A stretch of DNA of 64,000 nucleotides from Gemmatimonadales bacterium (GTDB taxonomy: Bacteria; Gemmatimonadota; Gemmatimonadetes; Gemmatimonadales; GWC2-71-9), in the NCBI GenBank assembly GCA_036556625.1, contig DATBJC010000118.1, forward strand, positions 14,877-78,876, given 5' to 3'. Positions 63,316 to 64,000 of this stretch are shown here, in pieces. Each line of letters begins with the position of its first letter. The stretch's first letter is position 1. The notes under the pieces are model-generated. The model had not been told where the DNA came from, ran no database searches, and worked only from the letters and a program-made list of their open reading frames with translations. A program made the position numbers and the translations under genes.

Positions 63316-64000
63316 TGGCCACCGCCACCCGCGTCCGCCCCCGCCCCCGCGGCGGCCTCGACCCGGATCGGGCCGATGTCTACCGCGACTGGCTTCGCCA
63401 GATGCTGCTCATCCGCCGCTTCGAAGAGAAGGCGGGCGAGGCCTACAGCCTCGGTAAGATCGGCGGCTTCTGTCACCTGTACATCGGACAGGAGGCCGTC
63501 GCGGTAGGGAGCCTCGCCGCATTGGGCCCCGACGACTACATCACCTGTTCCTACCGCGAGCACGGCCACGCCCTGGCGCGGGGCATGAGCGCCCGGACGG
63601 TGATGGCGGAGCTGTTCGGCAAGGCCGAGGGCTGCTCCAAGGGCAAGGGCGGCTCGATGCACCTGTTCGACGCCTCGCTCGGCTTCCTCGGCGGGCACGG
63701 GATCGTCGGCGGTCACATCCCGCTGGCCACCGGGATGGCCTTCGCCGCCAAGTACCGCAACACCGAACAGGTGGCGGTCTGCTACTTCGGGGAGGCCGCG
63801 GTGAACAACGGTGCCTTCCACGAAGCCCTCAATATGGCCGCGCTCTGGAAGCTCCCCTGCATCTACCTCTGCGAGAACAACCGCTACGGCATGGGGACCG
63901 CCCTGGAGCGGGCCAGCGCGATCTACGACATCTCCGAGCGCGCTTCTTCCTACGACATGGCGAACGAGGTGGTGGACGGCCAGGACGTCCTGATCATGCA
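63315..64000 (+). CDS. pdhA: Pyruvate dehydrogenase (acetyl-transferring) E1 component alpha subunit, 5' part; runs off the right edge
   Basis: Not in the track because it is open to the window end. My own translation from ATG 63315, which overlaps the lipA TGA: ...[36 protein letters not shown]...[11 protein letters not shown]...[10 protein letters not shown]...[16 protein letters not shown]. Confidence 0.9.
   Translation, partial: MATATRVRPRPRGGLDPDRADVYRDWLRQMLLIRRFEEKAGEAYSLGKIGGFCHLYIGQEAVAVGSLAALGPDDYITCSYREHGHALARGMSARTVMAELFGKAEGCSKGKGGSMHLFDASLGFLGGHGIVGGHIPLATGMAFAAKYRNTEQVAVCYFGEAAVNNGAFHEALNMAALWKLPCIYLCENNRYGMGTALERASAIYDISERASSYDMANEVVDGQDVLIM

Overview
This is a high-GC bacterial chromosomal segment. 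Its gene content looks like a Gemmatimonadota- or Acidobacteriota-type soil bacterium, which is an inference from gene families, not a search result. I support about 58 protein genes. I found no rRNA, tRNA, CRISPR array, transposase or integrase. Many long ORFs in the track are GC-driven shadow frames, so several real starts were re-set using signal peptides, ribosome-binding sites and stop/start overlaps.

Layout:
- 1-18319 (-): a very compact super-operon. It encodes one HlyD/MacA-like adaptor, two stand-alone MacB/LolD-type ATPases and at least seven tandem ~810-aa ADOP permeases. ADOP means duplicated FtsX/MacB-like 'orphan' permease. The last permease runs off the left edge.
- 18590-22503 (+): a beta-propeller lipoprotein plus a TonB-dependent-receptor-like outer-membrane protein, divergent from the super-operon.
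- 22500-26284 (-): a stress-like cluster with two membrane-anchored SRPBCC proteins, an SDR, a charged small protein and a TrxR-like flavoprotein.
- 26471-27548 (+): a PEBP protein and Cu,Zn-SOD.
- 27552-30490 (-): a PadR regulator plus an eighth ADOP permease, with an apparent leaderless promoter and operator.
- 30546-40112: housekeeping and accessory genes (YdeI, DinB, Cys-rich protein, MBL, GNAT, POT peptide transporter, DUF1028, HIT, FAD reductase, HD, GATase).
- 40804-46385 (+): a hybrid histidine kinase followed by GT4, GT2, DUF3108 and an unknown protein.
- 48173-55376 (+): a nine-gene envelope operon made mostly of DUFs, with an embedded ECF sigma/anti-sigma pair.
- 55445-61696: a cupredoxin, an OFA-type MFS transporter with an untracked 45-aa small subunit, a PQQ alcohol dehydrogenase carrying the lanthanide-type D-x-D signature, and a porin.
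- 61826-64000 (+): a lipoprotein, lipA and the start of pdhA.

The most interesting candidates are the adaptor/ATPase/multi-permease super-operon and the DUF4331-HupE-DUF6702-ECF-DUF1684-TlpA operon. Several long palindromic intergenic RNA-hairpin elements show strand-specific G-U compensation.
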